Source of the DNA: an uncultured bacterium
Lineage (GTDB): Bacteria; Acidobacteriota; Thermoanaerobaculia; Multivoradales; JAHZIX01
Reading direction: 5' to 3'
DNA: 64,000 nt
Assembly (NCBI GenBank): GCA_965368975.1
Contig: CBDUPA010000005.1
Coordinates: 64,001 to 128,000, forward strand
Shown here: piece by piece, positions 39,964 through 49,340 of the stretch
Layout: the number at the start of each line of letters is the position of its first letter
Position numbering within the stretch: the stretch's first letter is position 1
Translations under genes and position numbers: made by a program
The notes under the pieces: model-generated
Told to the model about the DNA's origin: nothing
The model's input: the letters and a program-made list of their open reading frames with translations, nothing else
Database searches by the model: none

Positions 39964-42665
39964 AAGCCAACGACGTTCGCCAAAGCTTCCTCGACTACTT
40001 CGCCGACCGAGGCCACCGCCGGGCCGACAGCGCGCCGCTGGTGCCGCAAGACGACCCCACCCTGTTGTTTGTCAACGCAGGCATGGTGCCGTTCAAGAAC
40101 CAGTTCCTCGGCCGCGAGACGCCCGAGAGTCCGCGTGCCGTCAGTTGTCAGCGCTGCTTGCGCGTTTCCGGCAAGCACAACGACCTCGAGAACGTTGGTC
40201 CGAGTGCGCGACACCACACCTTCTTCGAGATGCTCGGCAACTTCTCGTTCGGTGACTACTTCAAGGAAGACGCCATTCGCTTTGGCTGGGAGTTGGTTAC
40301 CGAGGGGTATGGTCTGCCGCCGTCGCGCCTCTTCGCCACCGTCTTCCGCGAGGACGACGAAGCGTGGAATCTGTGGTCCAAGATCTCCACTCTGCCCGAC
40401 GAGCGCATCCTGCGTTGCGGCGAGAAGGACAACTTCTGGGCCATGGGGGACACCGGTCCCTGCGGACCGTGCAGCGAGATCTTCGTCGACCTCTACCCGG
40501 ATCGCCCCCTCGTCGACTGGGAGGAGGGGGACCGCACGGGTCGCTATCTGGAGATCTGGAACCTGGTCTTCATGCAGTTCGAGCGCGGCGACGACGGCGA
40601 GCTGCGCGATCTGCCCAATCCCTCAATTGACACGGGTGCTGGCGTCGAGCGCATCGCTTCGGTGCTGCAAGGGGTGCGGTCGAACTACCACACCGACCTG
40701 TTCCAGCCCATCCTGCGCGCCGCTGCCGAGCTGGCTGGCACGCGTTACGGTGGCATCAGCTCCGGAGCGGCCAGTTCCGGCGGGAGCAGCGACGCTGACG
40801 TCTCGCTGCACGTCATCGCCGACCATCTGCGGGCTGTCAACTTCCTGCTTGCCGACGGCGTCATTCCCGGCAATGAAGGTCGCGGCTACGTATTGCGTCG
40901 CATCCTGCGCCGTGCGCTGCGCCACGGTTTGCGCTTAGGGCTGGAAGAGCCCTTCCTGTACCGTCTCGGCCCCGTGCTCGAAGAGGTGATGGGGGCCACC
41001 AATCCACAGCTCGCCGCTACCCGCGACGCCAACGCCGCGACCGTCCAGGCCGAGGAAGAGAAGTTTCTCGCTACCCTCGCCAGTGGCTCCAGCCACATGC
41101 AAGCCGAGATCGAAGCCGCGCGCGGCCGCGGCGACCGTCAGCTGAGTGGGGCCGTCGTGTTCCAGCTCTACGACACGCACGGCCTGCCGCTGGAAGTGAT
41201 CCGTGAGATCGCTGAAGAAGAGCGCATGCAACTCGACGACGCCGGCTACGAAGTCGAACTCGAGAAACAGCGCACGCGCTCGCGCCAGGCCACCGGCGAA
41301 GGCCAGAAAAAGTTGCTCGCCTTACAGCAAGTACTGGCCGGCGGCGAAGAGGCCACCGTCACGCCTTTCGACGGCTATGCGCACACCGCCAAGCCCGGCG
41401 TGCGCGTCGAGCGTCTGGCGCGTCTGGGCGAGATCGCCGAGGCCGTCGACGTGTTGCGAGCCGGAGAGAGCGGTGCCGCAGTGCTCGCCGAGACGGTCTT
41501 CTACGCTGAATCCGGTGGCCAGGTGGCGGATGTCGGTGAGCTCCGCTGGCCAGGAGATGGTGCCACGGTCTGTCGTGCCACGGTCAGCGACGTGCAGAAG
41601 AATGCCGCCGGAACCTTCTTCCACCTGATCACCGTCGAGGAAGGGGAACTGCGCGCCGGCAGCCAGGTCGACCTGCACGTCGACGCCGCCCGCCGCCGCG
41701 CCACCGAGCGCAACCACACCGCGACGCACCTGCTGCACGCCGTGCTGCGCGACATCCTCGGCCCCAGTGTCCGCCAAGCCGGTTCCCTGGTCGCCCCCGA
41801 CCGCCTCCGCTTCGACTTCACCTGCCCGCGGCCCGTCACCCCCGAGCAGCGAGACGAGATCGAGCAGAAGGTCAACCACTGGGTGCTCGAAGCCGTCGAT
41901 ACGCAGACCACCTGGCGCGACCGCGAGGAAGCCATCCAGGGTGGCGCCATGGCCCTGTTCGGCGAGAAGTACGGCGACCGAGTGCGCACCGTCGAGATTC
42001 CAGGCATCAGCCTCGAATTGTGCGGTGGTTGCCACGTCACCAACACCGGCCAGATCGGTCCGGCCGTCGTCACCGCCGAGCGCGGTATTGCTTCCGGCGT
42101 GCGCCGTATCGAAGCCGTTACTGGTGCTGGTGCTCTCGATCTCCTGCGCGAGCGTCAGCAGCGCCTCGACGCCGTCGCCGAAGCTCTGGGCACGACCCCG
42201 GAGCGCGCCGTCGACGAAGTGGGACGCCTGCGCAAGGAACTCAAGGAGCGCGACGCCGAACTTGCCAAGCTACGTATGGAACTCGTCTCCGGTGCCGCTT
42301 CCGGCGGTCAAGACGATGGGGGCAGCGAGATCGACGGCATTTCCGTCATGGTCAAGGAAGTGCCTCCTGCCCCCGTCAACGAGCTGCGCAACATGGCCGA
42401 TACCCTGCGCTCGAAGCAGGGCTCCGGCGTCGTTGTTCTTGGCACTGGCGCCGAGGGCAAGGTGACCCTGATCGTCAGCGTCAGCAAAGACCTGGCCGGC
42501 AAGAAGGTGCACGCCGGCAACCTGGTCAAGGCTCTCGCCGGTGCCGTCGGCGGCGGTGGCGGCGGCCGTCCCGACTTCGCGCAGGCCGGCGGCAAGCAGG
42601 TCGAGAAGTTGCCGGACGCGTTGGCGTCCGTGCCGGACCTGGTGCGCGCGCAGCTGGCTGGTTGA
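39960..42665 (+). CDS. alaS: Alanine--tRNA ligase
   Basis: DPTLLFVNAGM, HHTFFEMLGNFSFGDYFK, NHTATHLLH, ELCGGCHV, GGGGGGRPDFAQAGG. Confidence 0.98.
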   Translation: MKANDVRQSFLDYFADRGHRRADSAPLVPQDDPTLLFVNAGMVPFKNQFLGRETPESPRAVSCQRCLRVSGKHNDLENVGPSARHHTFFEMLGNFSFGDYFKEDAIRFGWELVTEGYGLPPSRLFATVFREDDEAWNLWSKISTLPDERILRCGEKDNFWAMGDTGPCGPCSEIFVDLYPDRPLVDWEEGDRTGRYLEIWNLVFMQFERGDDGELRDLPNPSIDTGAGVERIASVLQGVRSNYHTDLFQPILRAAAELAGTRYGGISSGAASSGGSSDADVSLHVIADHLRAVNFLLADGVIPGNEGRGYVLRRILRRALRHGLRLGLEEPFLYRLGPVLEEVMGATNPQLAATRDANAATVQAEEEKFLATLASGSSHMQAEIEAARGRGDRQLSGAVVFQLYDTHGLPLEVIREIAEEERMQLDDAGYEVELEKQRTRSRQATGEGQKKLLALQQVLAGGEEATVTPFDGYAHTAKPGVRVERLARLGEIAEAVDVLRAGESGAAVLAETVFYAESGGQVADVGELRWPGDGATVCRATVSDVQKNAAGTFFHLITVEEGELRAGSQVDLHVDAARRRATERNHTATHLLHAVLRDILGPSVRQAGSLVAPDRLRFDFTCPRPVTPEQRDEIEQKVNHWVLEAVDTQTTWRDREEAIQGGAMALFGEKYGDRVRTVEIPGISLELCGGCHVTNTGQIGPAVVTAERGIASGVRRIEAVTGAGALDLLRERQQRLDAVAEALGTTPERAVDEVGRLRKELKERDAELAKLRMELVSGAASGGQDDGGSEIDGISVMVKEVPPAPVNELRNMADTLRSKQGSGVVVLGTGAEGKVTLIVSVSKDLAGKKVHAGNLVKALAGAVGGGGGGRPDFAQAGGKQVEKLPDALASVPDLVRAQLAG

Positions 42666-42718
42666 GCGTTGAGTTGGTCGGCAATCGCTGGCGCCTCGCG
42701 GAATGGCCTCTGATCTGG

Positions 42719-42744
42719 GTAGCGGCGGCCCCATGTGGCCCCCC
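42719..42744 (+). repeat. REP-like palindrome, copy 2 (degenerate)
   Basis: GTAG-CGGCGGCC-CCATGT-GGCCCCCC with TGATCTGG 5' flank similar to copy 1. Confidence 0.5.
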
Positions 42745-42751
42745 TCCAGGG

Positions 42752-43162
42752 TCAGCTCAGGTAGCCGAATTTGGCCAGCGTGGCGATGATGACCGTCAGT
42801 AGCAGCGCCAGGTGAAAAGGCCAGAGCGTTCTGGACACGACGGTACCTAGATACCAGCCAGCATCTATGTATCGTGTGTCCATCTCGAACTCGATCTCCT
42901 TCTCGCTACGTTTCCGGACCACGTCCCAAAACTTTCGAAACCTCTTTTCCTGGTGCAGGAAGTAGGCGTCCAGAAACCAGAAGATCACGGCGGGTAGAAA
43001 GGCGATGGGCATCAGCCACTTGTTGCCGTGCTCGGAGGCTGAGAGAGCCAAGATCGCTGCGATCAAGGTGACCGACCAGCCCTTGATCAGGAACGAATTC
43101 CCGGCCATGCGGGTGATGATGGCCTGAATGAACTCCAAGTGCTTGATCTTGTTTGTGCCCAT
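42752..43162 (-). CDS. Small multi-pass membrane protein of unknown function
   Basis: KHLEFIQAIITRMAGNSFLIKGW and FWFLDAYFL.QEKRFR; three hydrophobic segments. Confidence 0.8.
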   Translation of the reverse strand: MGTNKIKHLEFIQAIITRMAGNSFLIKGWSVTLIAAILALSASEHGNKWLMPIAFLPAVIFWFLDAYFLHQEKRFRKFWDVVRKRSEKEIEFEMDTRYIDAGWYLGTVVSRTLWPFHLALLLTVIIATLAKFGYLS

Positions 43163-43268
43163 TTCTCACTTCCTGAATTATCTTGCTGAACACAGTGTAG
43201 CTCGGGTGGGTCTAAAATCTACGATGGAGTAGATTCATCGGCGTAGATCACGCATTACATGGGAAAAA

Positions 43269-43284
43269 CGTGATGATGATCACG
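43269..43284. promoter_or_regulatory. CRP/FNR-family-like operator
   Basis: CGTGA-TGATGA-TCACG preceded by AAAAA, in AT-rich divergent intergenic region; 8/10 match to TGTGA-N6-TCACA. Confidence 0.5.
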
Positions 43285-43335
43285 TAACTGCTGTGAAAAA
43301 TTGGCGCGTCCCCGCTTTTATGGTACATATTCGGT

Positions 43336-44649
43336 GTGGAACGCAGACTTTACTCCGACCTGACTGCCTGGAAGACTTCGCGACGTCGAAAGCCGCTGTT
43401 GCTGCGAGGAGCCAGGCAAACGGGCAAGACCTTTCTGCTGCGTCAATTCGGGGAGCGTGAGTACGATCACGTCGCTTACTGCAACTTCGAGGCAGACCCT
43501 GGGCTCGACAGCTTCTTCCGCCGGGATTTGAATCCGCAACGTATTGTGTCCCAGCTTGCGCTGTACAAAGGTTTTGAGCTGCGGCCCGAGAAAGACCTCT
43601 TGGTCCTGGACGAGATTCAGAACTCGAATGCTGCTCTGAACTCGCTCAAGTATTTCCAGGAACAGGCCAACGACTACCACATTGTGGCCGCTGGTTCTCT
43701 GCTAGGTGTCCAGTTGTCGCGTCCAGGTTCCTTTCCGGTGGGCAAAGTCAGCTTTCTGGATCTCCATCCGATGAACTTTGCCGAGTTCTTGGAAGCGATG
43801 GGGAAGGCCCAGTACGTGCAGATGCTTGGCACTGTCGAGATGGAGCCGCTGCCGGAGCCCATTCACCTGGAGCTTCTAGATCTCTTGCGGCAGTACTACT
43901 TCACGGGTGGCATGCCGGAGGCGGTGAAGGTCCATGTCGAGAGTCGGGATTCGCGAGAAGTACGGATAGTCCAGCGAGAGATCCTGGATTCCTATGAACT
44001 GGACTTTGCCAAGCATGCACCGTCGACCGATATCCCCAAGCTCGGCCTGGTCTGGGATTCTCTGCCACGGCACTTGGCCAAAGAAAACAAGAAGTTCATG
44101 TTCTCAGTGGTCAAGAAGGGCGCCCGAGCTAGAGAGTATGAGAATGCGCTCAGGTGGCTGGCGGATACTGGCCTGATTCACTTGTGCCATGCGGTGGAGA
44201 CGGGACGTACCCCTCTGGCGCACTATGCGGATCACAGCTGCTTCAAAGTTTACGCTGTGGATATCGGGCTTCTCGGTGCAATGGTGGGAGTGGCCCCGGA
44301 GTTGACCGTGGAGGCTGAGCGCCTCTTCACCGAGTATCGAGGAGCTCTGGCCGAGAACTATGTCGCGCAGCAACTGGTTGCCGCCGGCTGCGACAAGCTC
44401 TACTACTGGCGGAGTGCCGGAGGCATGGCCGAATTGGATTTTATGTTAGAGCGAGGAGCGCAAGTCGTGCCGGTCGAAGTGAAGGCTGGCGTGAATCCGC
44501 GCAGCAAAAGTCTGCAGTCATACGATCAGCAATTCGATCCCCCGCAGCTCTTGCGTACCAACCTGTTGAACCTCAAGAATGACGGCAAGATTTGCAATGT
44601 TCCGCTCTATGCCGTGTCCTGGGTGACTCGACTTCTCGACTCTGTATGA
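43336..44649 (+). CDS. AAA_14 ATPase with DUF4143 domain
   Basis: GARQTGKT Walker A, LDEIQ, AAGSLLG, YYFTGGMPEAV, ELDF...PVEVK. Confidence 0.9.
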   Translation: MERRLYSDLTAWKTSRRRKPLLLRGARQTGKTFLLRQFGEREYDHVAYCNFEADPGLDSFFRRDLNPQRIVSQLALYKGFELRPEKDLLVLDEIQNSNAALNSLKYFQEQANDYHIVAAGSLLGVQLSRPGSFPVGKVSFLDLHPMNFAEFLEAMGKAQYVQMLGTVEMEPLPEPIHLELLDLLRQYYFTGGMPEAVKVHVESRDSREVRIVQREILDSYELDFAKHAPSTDIPKLGLVWDSLPRHLAKENKKFMFSVVKKGARAREYENALRWLADTGLIHLCHAVETGRTPLAHYADHSCFKVYAVDIGLLGAMVGVAPELTVEAERLFTEYRGALAENYVAQQLVAAGCDKLYYWRSAGGMAELDFMLERGAQVVPVEVKAGVNPRSKSLQSYDQQFDPPQLLRTNLLNLKNDGKICNVPLYAVSWVTRLLDSV

Positions 44650-44674
44650 GCTGAAGCTTGTCTGAGCTAGCGTC

Positions 44675-47047
44675 TTACGGAGGATTGCTCGGATTGGTCC
44701 CTGGAACGGCTGCACCGCTGCTGCGCGCGCGGTTCGCGCGAGTGCTCGCGGTGACGACCCCTGATTCCGCGACCACAGGTTCGCGTTCGGAGAGCTGGTC
44801 CGTCAGGTCGTGGTACTCGGCGAGGGAAGTCAGGACTTTACGCACGTAGTTACGTGTCTCGCGGAAGCTGACCTTGGTGTAGAACTCTTCCGGCTCGTCG
44901 CTGAAGCAGTGGCCGATCCACAGGCGCGTCTGCTCGACACCGGCGTTGTAGGCCGCGACAGCGAAGTGCTGCTCACCCTGGAACTCTTGCAGGAGCTCGG
45001 AGAGATAGGCCGCGCCGAGGTGGATCGAGATACCCGGGTCGTAGAGCGCGTCGGGGGCGATACGGCCGAGGCCGTTGTTGCGCGCGACGCGGCGGGCGGT
45101 GGGGAGGGTGAACTGGGCGAGACCACGGGCGGCGGCGCCGGAGAGGGCGTCGGCGTCGAAGCGGCTCTCTTCGCGGATGATGGCTCGCAGCAGGTTCGGA
45201 TCGATCTGGAACTCGGCGCTCTGCGCCTCGATCTGCTCTCGGTAGGCGTCCGGGAAGAGCAGACGGCGGAACGGTGTCGGCAGCATGCGCGCGGGAACGC
45301 GAGTCGGGATGCCTTCGTTCAGCGTCTCGGCATGGAGAAGGGAGCGACGCAGCTCTCCAGCGCGTTGCAGCAGTGTCGCACCGGTCAGGGCCAACGAAGG
45401 CTCACGGATGGGAAAGTGCCGCGGAATCGCTGCGGCGCCTTCGCGCCACAGGCCCAATCCGAGCAGCAACTCGTCCGGACGCCGCAGCGGCAGCTGCCAC
45501 AGCGGCCACTCTTCGACCGCCACCTGGGTCATGGTGAGGTAGTCGGCAGTGCGGTCTTCCGCCAGCAGAGCGGCGCGCAGGCGGTCGGCAACGGCGCCTT
45601 CCTGAGGGCTACCAGCGAGCAGGAGCCAGGCGCGGTACAGGTCCTCGGTGGTGCTGCGCTGGGCGAGACGTCGTCCTTCCGCGCGTGCGATGTCGACCAG
45701 TGGGTCGCTGGCCAGGCGGTCTCGAGCACCCAAGGAAAGGGGGTGGAAAGGAGACTCGACGAGGGTTCGGAGGTAAGCCTGGACGGCGCGCTGTGGTTCG
45801 CCTTGCAGCTCAGCGAGGCGGCCGCGCCAGTAGGAGAGTTCGAGTTGCTCACGGCTGCGTGCGTCGACTTCCTGCAGCCAGTGTCCGGCGCGGTCGGAGC
45901 GGCCCCGTACGAGATCGGAGGAAGCCAGGAAGAGCCCCGCGAGCACAGCCATGCGTCGCTCACGCGGGCGTGTCTTGAGCAGTTCGTAGAGTTCTAGCGC
46001 ATCGTCTTCCTGTCCGGCCCGCCACTCCAGTCGCAAGGCGGAGAGCAGCGCTGCACCGGCCCAGTCGCCACTGGGTTCCTCGTTGTAGGCCGTGCGAAAG
46101 GCGTCGGAGGCCTTCTGCCAGTTGCGCATCAGCTCGAAGCAACGGCCCTGTTGGAAGCGTGCCTGGGCCCGGTATTCGGCCCGGTGCGTCGACGTGGCCA
46201 GCTCCTCGAAGTGCTCGGCAGCCTGCACATAGTTGTTGACCCAGAAGTAGCTGCGAGCGATGGCATAGCGGGCGTCGAAGCGCTGGCGAGCGGTCAACTG
46301 TTCTTCCTGGCGTAGGGCTTGGCGCAGTGCGCTGACGGCGCGCCGGAATTCGCGGTGCTGGTGGAAGGTGAGCCCAACCAGCAGGGGGACTTCGGCTTCG
46401 ACTTCCTGATGGGGCAGAAGCTGCAACAGGCTGACCGCCGCCTCGCGGGCGACGTCGTCGCTGCGCCTTTCGCGGAGCAGGTCCACCAACAGTTCGAAGC
46501 CATCTTGCGGACGGCTGAGGCGCAGGGCGCACCAGGCCCGGATAAGAGTCAGGTGGCGCCGGTGGTTCTCGGCGAACTGGCGGCCATGAAGGTTGTGCAC
46601 CACTCTGCAGTCGCCACCCTGGCGCAGCGTCAAGTGCAGAAGCGGAACCGCGCGGGGTACCAGGTCCGTCGGCGGATCAGAGCCGAGCAGGCCGGCGACC
46701 AGGCCGGCTGCCACCTCGGGGTGGCGCTGCGACGTCTCCAGGTGGGCGATCCGGTAGCGGCTGTAGGGGGTCAGGGTCGGTGCAAAGTCGCGGGCGGCGG
46801 TGAAGGCGCGGGCGGCGTCGCGCGGGCGGTGCGCTTCAGCGAAGAGGTGGCCTTGCAGGTAGGGGATGCCGAGTTGCCTCGCCAGCGGCGCGTTGTCGCT
46901 CAGCAGTCGCGCCGTCTCTCGCAGCAGGGCTTCCTGGTTGCCCTCGAGGTGGAGCTCAGCGAGGTGCGGTCGCGGGTCGTCGCCAGGTGCCGCGGGAGCG
47001 TTGAGCAGCAGAGTCAGGAGGAGGGTTGAGGAGCTGAACACTGGCAT
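44675..47047 (-). CDS. Soluble lytic transglycosylase (Slt family) with TPR-like helical domain
   Basis: IIREESRF, SGAAARGLAQF, AAYNAG, ETRNYVRKV. Confidence 0.9.
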   Translation of the reverse strand: MPVFSSSTLLLTLLLNAPAAPGDDPRPHLAELHLEGNQEALLRETARLLSDNAPLARQLGIPYLQGHLFAEAHRPRDAARAFTAARDFAPTLTPYSRYRIAHLETSQRHPEVAAGLVAGLLGSDPPTDLVPRAVPLLHLTLRQGGDCRVVHNLHGRQFAENHRRHLTLIRAWCALRLSRPQDGFELLVDLLRERRSDDVAREAAVSLLQLLPHQEVEAEVPLLVGLTFHQHREFRRAVSALRQALRQEEQLTARQRFDARYAIARSYFWVNNYVQAAEHFEELATSTHRAEYRAQARFQQGRCFELMRNWQKASDAFRTAYNEEPSGDWAGAALLSALRLEWRAGQEDDALELYELLKTRPRERRMAVLAGLFLASSDLVRGRSDRAGHWLQEVDARSREQLELSYWRGRLAELQGEPQRAVQAYLRTLVESPFHPLSLGARDRLASDPLVDIARAEGRRLAQRSTTEDLYRAWLLLAGSPQEGAVADRLRAALLAEDRTADYLTMTQVAVEEWPLWQLPLRRPDELLLGLGLWREGAAAIPRHFPIREPSLALTGATLLQRAGELRRSLLHAETLNEGIPTRVPARMLPTPFRRLLFPDAYREQIEAQSAEFQIDPNLLRAIIREESRFDADALSGAAARGLAQFTLPTARRVARNNGLGRIAPDALYDPGISIHLGAAYLSELLQEFQGEQHFAVAAYNAGVEQTRLWIGHCFSDEPEEFYTKVSFRETRNYVRKVLTSLAEYHDLTDQLSEREPVVAESGVVTASTRANRARSSGAAVPGTNPSNPP

Positions 47048-47120
47048 CGCGGATCGGGTCCACCTTTCGGAGGCTGCCGTGGAAGTTCTGGTCGACGAGA
47101 CAGCCCGTCGAGCCGAGCCG

Positions 47121-48392
47121 TCAAGCCGAGTCCGGGTGTCGCTCTACCCGGGCCCCTAGAGCATGCAATTTCAGTTCCATCTGCTCATAGCCACGATCCA
47201 AGTGGTAGATGCGGTGGACGATCGTCTCGCCATGTGCCACCAAGCCGGCCAGCACCAGACAAGCCGAGGCACGCAGGTCGGTCGCCATGACGTGCGCGCC
47301 GGACAGCTGGGTTGGTCCGTGGACTCTGGCGTAGCGGCCGTCCAGCTGAATGTCCGCGCCCATGCGCACGAGTTCGGGCACGTGCTGGAAGCGGTTTTCG
47401 AAGACGGTCTCGCAGATCGTCGCTTGACCCTGAGCGTGGGTCATCAGCGCCAGGTACTGTGCTTGTAGGTCGGTCGGGAAGCCGGGATGCGGCGAGGTGA
47501 CGATGTCGCGCGCGTGAACCTCGAGGCCGCCGCGGACACGGATGTGGTTGACACCCGTCTCGACCTCGGCGCCGGTTTCGGCCAGTTTCTCCAGCAGGGG
47601 CGCCAGATCGGCAGGCGCTGTGTCTTCGAGGCACACGTCACCTCCGGTGAGGACGGCTCCGATCAGGTAGGTCCCACCCTCGATCCGATCGGGAATGACT
47701 CGGTGTTCGGCACCGTGCAGGGAGTCGACTCCCTCGATCTCGATACGCTCGCTGCCAGCGCCGTCGATCTTCGCGCCCATGGCGGTGAGCAACTTGCCGA
47801 GATCCTGGATTTCCGGCTCGCGGGCACAGTTCTCCAGCACCGTCGTACCCTTGGCCAGGCAGGCGGCCATCATCAGGTTCTCGGTGCCGGTCACGGTCGG
47901 CATCTGGAAGCGGAAGCGGGTGCCGCGCAGGCGGGCGGCACGGGCCTCGACGTAGCCGTGCTCCAGCTCGACCTCGGCCCCCATCGCTTCGAGGCCGGCC
48001 AGGTGCTGGTCGATCGGTCGCACGCCGATGGCGCAGCCGCCCGGCAGTGACACGCGCGCGTGGCCACGCCGGGTCAGCATCGGGCCGAGGGCGAGTACGC
48101 TGGCGCGCATGGTCTTGACCAGTTCGTAGGGGGCATCGTCCGGGGAGCCGTTACCGTGGGGGGACAACACCAGGGCGCCATCGTCGCGTTCGCCGCTGGC
48201 CACACACAGGTGGTCGAGCAGCTTGCGCAGGGTGCGCAGATCGCGTACCCGCGGCACGCGGTGCAGGATCAGAGCCGAATCGCCATCGAGCAGCAGACTG
48301 GCTGCGAGGGCGGGAAGGGCGGCGTTCTTGGCACCGCTAGCACGCACAGTGCCTTGCAGGCGGTTGGGACCCTGGATGCGAAAGACGTCCAC
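47121..48392 (-). CDS. murA: UDP-N-acetylglucosamine 1-carboxyvinyltransferase
   Basis: SGAKNAALP, MRAS, LPGGCAIGVRPID, PGFPTDLQAQ, DLRAS, LDRGYE. Confidence 0.97.
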   Translation of the reverse strand: MDVFRIQGPNRLQGTVRASGAKNAALPALAASLLLDGDSALILHRVPRVRDLRTLRKLLDHLCVASGERDDGALVLSPHGNGSPDDAPYELVKTMRASVLALGPMLTRRGHARVSLPGGCAIGVRPIDQHLAGLEAMGAEVELEHGYVEARAARLRGTRFRFQMPTVTGTENLMMAACLAKGTTVLENCAREPEIQDLGKLLTAMGAKIDGAGSERIEIEGVDSLHGAEHRVIPDRIEGGTYLIGAVLTGGDVCLEDTAPADLAPLLEKLAETGAEVETGVNHIRVRGGLEVHARDIVTSPHPGFPTDLQAQYLALMTHAQGQATICETVFENRFQHVPELVRMGADIQLDGRYARVHGPTQLSGAHVMATDLRASACLVLAGLVAHGETIVHRIYHLDRGYEQMELKLHALGARVERHPDSA

Positions 48393-48483
48393 GCTGGCTC
48401 CTTGTTCGACGTGTGGTGTAGCAGACCGTTCAGCAGAAGTGCAGGAAGCAGAGGTTATACCGAAGCACGCTCGGGAGCATTAC

Positions 48484-49338
48484 TTACCACACCTGTCCGC
48501 GGGCGATCACGATGCGGCGAACTCCGGCGTAGTCGGCCAGAATGTCTTGCACCTCGACGCCGCTCTGGTCCGCCAGTTTGTGCACCAAGTCCGCCTGATC
48601 GTGACCGATCTCGAACAGGATCGAGGTCCCGGCGCGCAGTCGACGACTCAGTGCCAACAGGTCACGGATCACGCGTGTTCCGCAAGTGCTGGCAAAGAGG
48701 GCCGATGGCGGTTCGAAGGTGGTCACTTCGAGCGACAGCTCGGGTGTTGCTGCTGGGTCGATATAGGGCGGATTGCTCACCACCATGTCGACTCCGTGCA
48801 CGTCGACGCCCGCTGCCACGTCGGTGGCGATCCGCTGCACACGATCCAACACGCCATGCCGTCGGGCGTTGGCAGTGGTTACGGCAAGTGCGGCCGGTGA
48901 AATGTCCGTGGTCGTGACGCGTGCCCGCGGCAGTTCTGACGCCAGCGTCACTGCGACGCAGCCAGAGCCGGCACCGACATCGAGGATGTGTGGAGCCTCG
49001 GGCAAGTCGTGGCACCGCTCCAGGGCACTCTCGACCAGGTGTTCCGTTTCCGGCCGCGGGATCAACACCCGTGCGTCGACGAAGAAGTCACGACCATAGA
49101 ACTCGCGCTCTCCGAGCAGGTAGGCCACCGGTTCTCCCTGCAGACGTCGTTGCACGAGCGCCTCGAAGCGCTCCGCGACCGTTGCTGGCACTTCTCGATC
49201 GTCGCGGGCGAGGACCTGGGCCTCGCTCCAGTCCAGTAGTCGTCCAAGAAGCAGTGCCGCTTCGCGGGTCGAGGGCTGAAAGTGGGCTTGCCTCAGCCGC
49301 TGCCGTGCGTCGACGAGGAGGGCCGCTACGGTAGGCAT
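48484..49338 (-). CDS. prmC: Release factor glutamine methyltransferase
   Basis: GEPVAYLLG, VLIPRPETE, LDVGAGSG, VSNPPY; real start is internal to ORF 48484..50139. Confidence 0.95.
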   Translation of the reverse strand: MPTVAALLVDARQRLRQAHFQPSTREAALLLGRLLDWSEAQVLARDDREVPATVAERFEALVQRRLQGEPVAYLLGEREFYGRDFFVDARVLIPRPETEHLVESALERCHDLPEAPHILDVGAGSGCVAVTLASELPRARVTTTDISPAALAVTTANARRHGVLDRVQRIATDVAAGVDVHGVDMVVSNPPYIDPAATPELSLEVTTFEPPSALFASTCGTRVIRDLLALSRRLRAGTSILFEIGHDQADLVHKLADQSGVEVQDILADYAGVRRIVIARGQVW

Positions 49339-49340
49339 GT

